In this document: piece after piece, positions 33,433 through 36,666 of the stretch
How positions within the stretch are numbered: position 1 is the stretch's first letter
How the letters are laid out: each line of letters opens with the position of its first letter
Origin: Clostridia bacterium
GTDB taxonomy: Bacteria > Bacillota > Clostridia > UMGS1883
Assembly: GCA_045649225.1 (NCBI GenBank)
Contig: JAZRPN010000060.1
Span: forward strand, 1-36,666
DNA: 36,666 bases
Direction: 5' to 3'
The notes under the pieces: generated by a model
The model's input: only the letters and a program-made list of their open reading frames with translations
Told to the model about the DNA's origin: nothing
Databases searched by the model: none
Position numbers and translations under genes: made by a program

Positions 33433-35470
33433 GGTAGTGGCACTGGCGGGCAATCCTAATGTTGGCAAAAGCACTGTTTTTAATGCACTTACCGGGATGA
33501 ATCAGCACACCGGCAACTGGCCGGGAAAAACTGTTGCAAACGCACAGGGATATACCAAAACGCATAAGAACTCTTATGTGCTTGTGGATATCCCCGGTAC
33601 ATATTCTCTTATGGCGCATTCTGCCGAGGAGGAGATTGCGCGTAACTTTATCTGCTTCGGAAAGGCAGATGCGGTGGTTGTTGTGTGTGATGCAACATGT
33701 CTTGAAAGAAACTTAAATCTCGTTTTGCAAACGCTCGAAACAGGGAAAAGGGCAATAGTTTGCGTAAATCTTATGGATGAGGCAAAGCGTAAAAATATAA
33801 CTGTAGACCTTAAAAAGCTTAGTAAACGGCTCGGAGTTCCGGTTGTAAGCACTGTGGCACGCAAGAAAAAAAGCCTTACGGCTCTTGCGGATGAGCTTGA
33901 CAGTGTGCTTGAAAATGAAGCATCTGTCTACAGAGTGGAATATAACGAAGATATTGAAAAAGCCATAAGTATTATCGAGCCGTACGCCGAAAATCTGGTG
34001 GGGGAGGAGCTTAACGCAAGGTGGCTGAGCCTTAAACTGCTTGATGCAGATGAGTCTTTAAAAAACGAAATAAATGCCTGCATAGGCAAAAATATATTTG
34101 AGGACGAAGTGTTGACAGATGCCGTCAATGATGCCTTGGAGATGCTCAGGGAAAAAGGCTATGACAACAATAAGCTAAAGGACGAAATCGTATCCTCCAT
34201 AGTCTGCGAGGCAGAAAAAATTGCAGGCGAGGCAGTAAAATGCGAAAATAAAAACTATAACGAAACCGACAGAAAAATTGACAAAATTCTCACAAGCAAA
34301 AGCCTTGGCTATCCCGTGATGATTCTTTTGCTTGCAGTTGTTTTTTATATAACTCTTACGGGGGCAAATTATCCGTCTGCGTGGCTGAGCAGTTTTTTCT
34401 TTTATATCGAGAAAAAGCTCCTATATATATTTAATTATCTCAATTCTCCACAGTGGCTTTCGGGGATGCTTATACAGGGGATGTTTCGCACGCTTGCGTG
34501 GGTTGTATCGGTAATGCTTCCGCCAATGGCAATCTTTTTCCCGCTGTTTACCGTTTTGGAGGATTCGGGTTATCTTCCAAGAATTGCATTTAACCTTGAT
34601 AAGCCGTTTAAAAAATGCTGTGCCTGCGGTAAGCAGTCGCTTACGATGTGTATGGGCTTCGGGTGCAATGCGGCGGGCATCGTAGGATGCAGAATAATTG
34701 ACTCACCAAGAGAAAGACTGCTCGCTATACTTACAAATAACTTTGTCCCATGTAACGGCAGATTCCCTGCGCTTATTGCAATTATAACAATGTTTTTTGC
34801 GGTCGGAGCGTTTTCGTCAATAAAAGCAACGCTTATTTTAACAGGCGTAATTCTTGCGGGCATAGGCGTAACCTTTCTTGCAACACGCATTTTGTCAAAA
34901 ACACTCTTAAAGGGCGAGGCATCGTCTTTTGTGCTCGAGCTTCCGCCTTACAGAAGACCGCAATTTTTAAAGGTGTTTGTGCGCTCGATTTTCGATAGAA
35001 CTTTTTTTGTGCTTTTAAGAGCAATCAAGGTCGCTGCCCCTGCAGGTATAATTATATGGATGCTCGCAAATATAAGTGTGGACGGAGTAAGTCTTCTCAG
35101 TTATACATGCAGTTTTTTAGACCCGTTTGCAAGATTTTTCGGGCTCGACGGCGTAATCCTCACGGCATTTATACTGGGATTTCCCGCAAACGAGATTGTT
35201 ATTCCCATTATGGTAATGGCTTACACGCTCTCTGGAAGTCTTTCGGAAATGGCAAGCATTTCCTACATGCGTGAACTTTTTGTAATGAACGGATGGAGCA
35301 CTACTACGGCAATATGCACGCTTATTTTCTTTCTTATGCATTGGCCGTGCTCAACCACAATGCTGACAATAAAAAAAGAAACGGGAAGTCTTAAATGGAC
35401 GGCACTTGCATTTTTAATGCCTACTTTAATCGGTCTCTTGGCGTGCTTTTTGGTTAATCTCGTAATGTAA
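33353..35470 (+). CDS. feoB: Ferrous iron transporter FeoB (G-domain plus polytopic permease)
   Basis: G-domain motifs ALAGNPNVGKSTVFNALTG, DIPGTYSL and NLMD are present, followed by a multi-TM C-terminal domain. SD AAGGGGG lies 6 nt upstream of the ATG at 33353. Confidence 0.93.
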   Translation: MGLTKSSTGAGAVDSGLVIRRQTPNDKVVALAGNPNVGKSTVFNALTGMNQHTGNWPGKTVANAQGYTKTHKNSYVLVDIPGTYSLMAHSAEEEIARNFICFGKADAVVVVCDATCLERNLNLVLQTLETGKRAIVCVNLMDEAKRKNITVDLKKLSKRLGVPVVSTVARKKKSLTALADELDSVLENEASVYRVEYNEDIEKAISIIEPYAENLVGEELNARWLSLKLLDADESLKNEINACIGKNIFEDEVLTDAVNDALEMLREKGYDNNKLKDEIVSSIVCEAEKIAGEAVKCENKNYNETDRKIDKILTSKSLGYPVMILLLAVVFYITLTGANYPSAWLSSFFFYIEKKLLYIFNYLNSPQWLSGMLIQGMFRTLAWVVSVMLPPMAIFFPLFTVLEDSGYLPRIAFNLDKPFKKCCACGKQSLTMCMGFGCNAAGIVGCRIIDSPRERLLAILTNNFVPCNGRFPALIAIITMFFAVGAFSSIKATLILTGVILAGIGVTFLATRILSKTLLKGEASSFVLELPPYRRPQFLKVFVRSIFDRTFFVLLRAIKVAAPAGIIIWMLANISVDGVSLLSYTCSFLDPFARFFGLDGVILTAFILGFPANEIVIPIMVMAYTLSGSLSEMASISYMRELFVMNGWSTTTAICTLIFFLMHWPCSTTMLTIKKETGSLKWTALAFLMPTLIGLLACFLVNLVM

Positions 35471-35478
35471 GAAAACAT

Positions 35479-35507
35479 TTGATTTTTGGTTCGAAATCGT
35501 GTATAAT
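35479..35507 (+). promoter_or_regulatory. Sigma-A type promoter for rsmA
   Basis: TTGATT-17 nt-TATAAT, then SD GGAGG 9 nt before the ATG at 35528. Confidence 0.55.
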
Positions 35508-35527
35508 CGCCTTGGAGGCTGATACGG

Positions 35528-36385
35528 ATGTACGAACTGACAGATCCTAAAATAATAAAATATCTGTGCTCAAAGTACGGATTTACATTTTCCAAAAGTA
35601 TGGGGCAAAACTTTATCACAGACCCCGATGTACCCTATATAATGGCGCAAACTGCAACAGATGGTGCTGAGGGTGTTATAGAAATCGGACCCGGTTTTGG
35701 AACTCTTACGGCGGCACTTGCATCAAACGCAAGAAAGGTTGTTTCGATAGAACTTGATAAAAGGCTCGAGGGTGTTTTAAAGGAAACGCTTGCAGGTTTT
35801 GACAATATTTCTTTTGTCTGGGAGGACTGCCTTAAGGTCAATTTAGGTAAGCTCATAGAAGACGAGTTTAAGGATATGACGGTAAGCGTTGCGGCAAATC
35901 TGCCCTATTATATAACAACGCCCGTTATTATGGCACTTCTCGAGAGCAGGCTGCCGTTTAAAAGAATTGTAATTATGATTCAAAAAGAAGTTGCCGACAG
36001 ACTTTGTGCCGAGCCGGGAGGTAAGGATTACGGTGCGATAACGGTTGCGACAAAGTATTTTTGCAAGCCCGAGATTATAAAAAAAGTTCCTGCAGGTGCA
36101 TTTATCCCTGCGCCAAAGGTTGACAGTGCGGTAATAAACTTGGAAATCCTTGAAAAGCCGTCTGTTTCGCCCAAAAACGAAGAACTGTTCTTTAAAACCA
36201 TTAAAGCGGCGTTTTCTCAGCGAAGAAAAACTCTCGTGAACGCTCTTTCTTCGGCAGGTGCCTTTGGAACAAAGGAAGAGGTAACAAACGCAATTGTTTC
36301 CGCAGGTTTAGATGCACAAATACGAGGCGAAAAGCTGTCAGTAGAGGATTTTTGCACTCTGTCCGATATATTTGCAGACAAGTAG
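35528..36385 (+). CDS. rsmA: 16S rRNA (adenine1518/1519-N6)-dimethyltransferase
   Basis: KsgA motifs KSMGQNFI, VIEIGPGFGTLT and ANLPYYITTP are present; 285 aa. Confidence 0.93.
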   Translation: MYELTDPKIIKYLCSKYGFTFSKSMGQNFITDPDVPYIMAQTATDGAEGVIEIGPGFGTLTAALASNARKVVSIELDKRLEGVLKETLAGFDNISFVWEDCLKVNLGKLIEDEFKDMTVSVAANLPYYITTPVIMALLESRLPFKRIVIMIQKEVADRLCAEPGGKDYGAITVATKYFCKPEIIKKVPAGAFIPAPKVDSAVINLEILEKPSVSPKNEELFFKTIKAAFSQRRKTLVNALSSAGAFGTKEEVTNAIVSAGLDAQIRGEKLSVEDFCTLSDIFADK

Positions 36386-36386
36386 A

Positions 36387-36418
36387 AAGGTGGCTGTGTC
36401 TACAGCCACCTTCTTTAT
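36387..36418 (+). terminator. Intrinsic terminator of rsmA
   Basis: AAGGTGGCTGT-GTCT-ACAGCCACCTT is followed by CTTTATT. Confidence 0.7.
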
Positions 36419-36425
36419 TGTGAAG

Positions 36426-36498
36426 AAAAATTTCTTTCAAAAAGCATAAAATTTGCTAAGGAGCAAAACCAATGCCATTTTGAACGCCAAAATGGCGA
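36426..36498 (+). repeat. Conserved intergenic element, copy 2 (73 nt)
   Basis: Same sequence as 32164-32244 minus the 9-nt GCTTTTACT. It likewise begins less than 10 nt after an intrinsic terminator. Confidence 0.75.
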
Positions 36499-36666
36499 AA
36501 AGCGTCGGGGGATTGCGATTTCCCCCGAACCCCCTAAAACGCCCTCGCAGGGGCGATCTTAAGAGGCGACGTGCCACCTATAAACAAAGTGGTCTTTGTT
36601 TATAAATCTATTTTGCTTTTGTTACGCCGTCTGCATTGTCAAACTTATTGACAAGACAGACTAAAA

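Noticed and set aside
36636-36654. The inverted repeat TTGTCAA-ACTTA-TTGACAA at the window edge, which is operator- or promoter-like.
   Set aside because: It is a short 7-bp-arm repeat in AT-rich DNA with the downstream gene outside the window, so it cannot be evaluated. It also contains a plain TTGACA -35-like hexamer.
1-36666. The whole window was scanned for CRISPR arrays, rRNA, transposase, integrase or recombinase genes, reverse transcriptase, and toxin-antitoxin or restriction-modification genes.
   Set aside because: No regularly spaced direct repeats were seen. No ORF carries DDE, tyrosine- or serine-recombinase, RT, nuclease or DNA-methylase signatures. The NPPY-motif protein at 24887-26002 has a THUMP domain and is an RNA methyltransferase.

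Overview
The window looks like a chromosomal segment of a mid/low-GC Firmicute, probably Clostridia. Supporting signs are an archaeal-type ProRS, a T-box-controlled thrS, SLH-anchored surface proteins and a SpoVB-like/MazG/HU block. All calls come from reading motifs in the supplied sequence and ORF track; no database search was run.

Most of the window is housekeeping:
- MBOAT tail plus a DHHW partner
- tRNA-Gly
- dnaG-rpoD
- proS
- dCMP deaminase
- thrS with a Thr (ACC) T-box leader
- RumA-type rRNA methyltransferase
- GH13 alpha-glucosidase/neopullulanase
- THUMP methyltransferase
- a split radical-SAM TIGR03960/TIGR03936-like pair
- YesL
- MOP flippase
- mazG
- hup
- feoAB
- rsmA

The non-routine parts are:
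1. A 10.2-kb, single-promoter, single-terminator operon (7092-17268) encodes four very large signal-peptide proteins. Two carry SLH domains, one has a beta-propeller, and four copies of an unassigned beta-sandwich-like module are present.
2. A small AT-rich island lies between thrS and the rRNA methyltransferase. It holds two divergent XRE/Cro-like HTH genes. Nested perfect palindromes are laid over a near-consensus promoter, and the switch controls an uncharacterised 397-aa protein.
3. A conserved 73-81-nt intergenic element is present twice, each time just after a terminator. It contains a hairpin-embedded SD and a 3-codon mini-ORF, followed by GC-rich hairpin-dense non-coding DNA.
4. A promoter, a roughly 165-nt structured RNA and an intrinsic terminator sit in front of a 76-aa two-TM protein upstream of feoAB.
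5. A 277-bp element bounded by 35-nt imperfect inverted repeats lies in the 400-bp GH13/THUMP intergenic region.

No CRISPR array, transposase, integrase or rRNA was seen.
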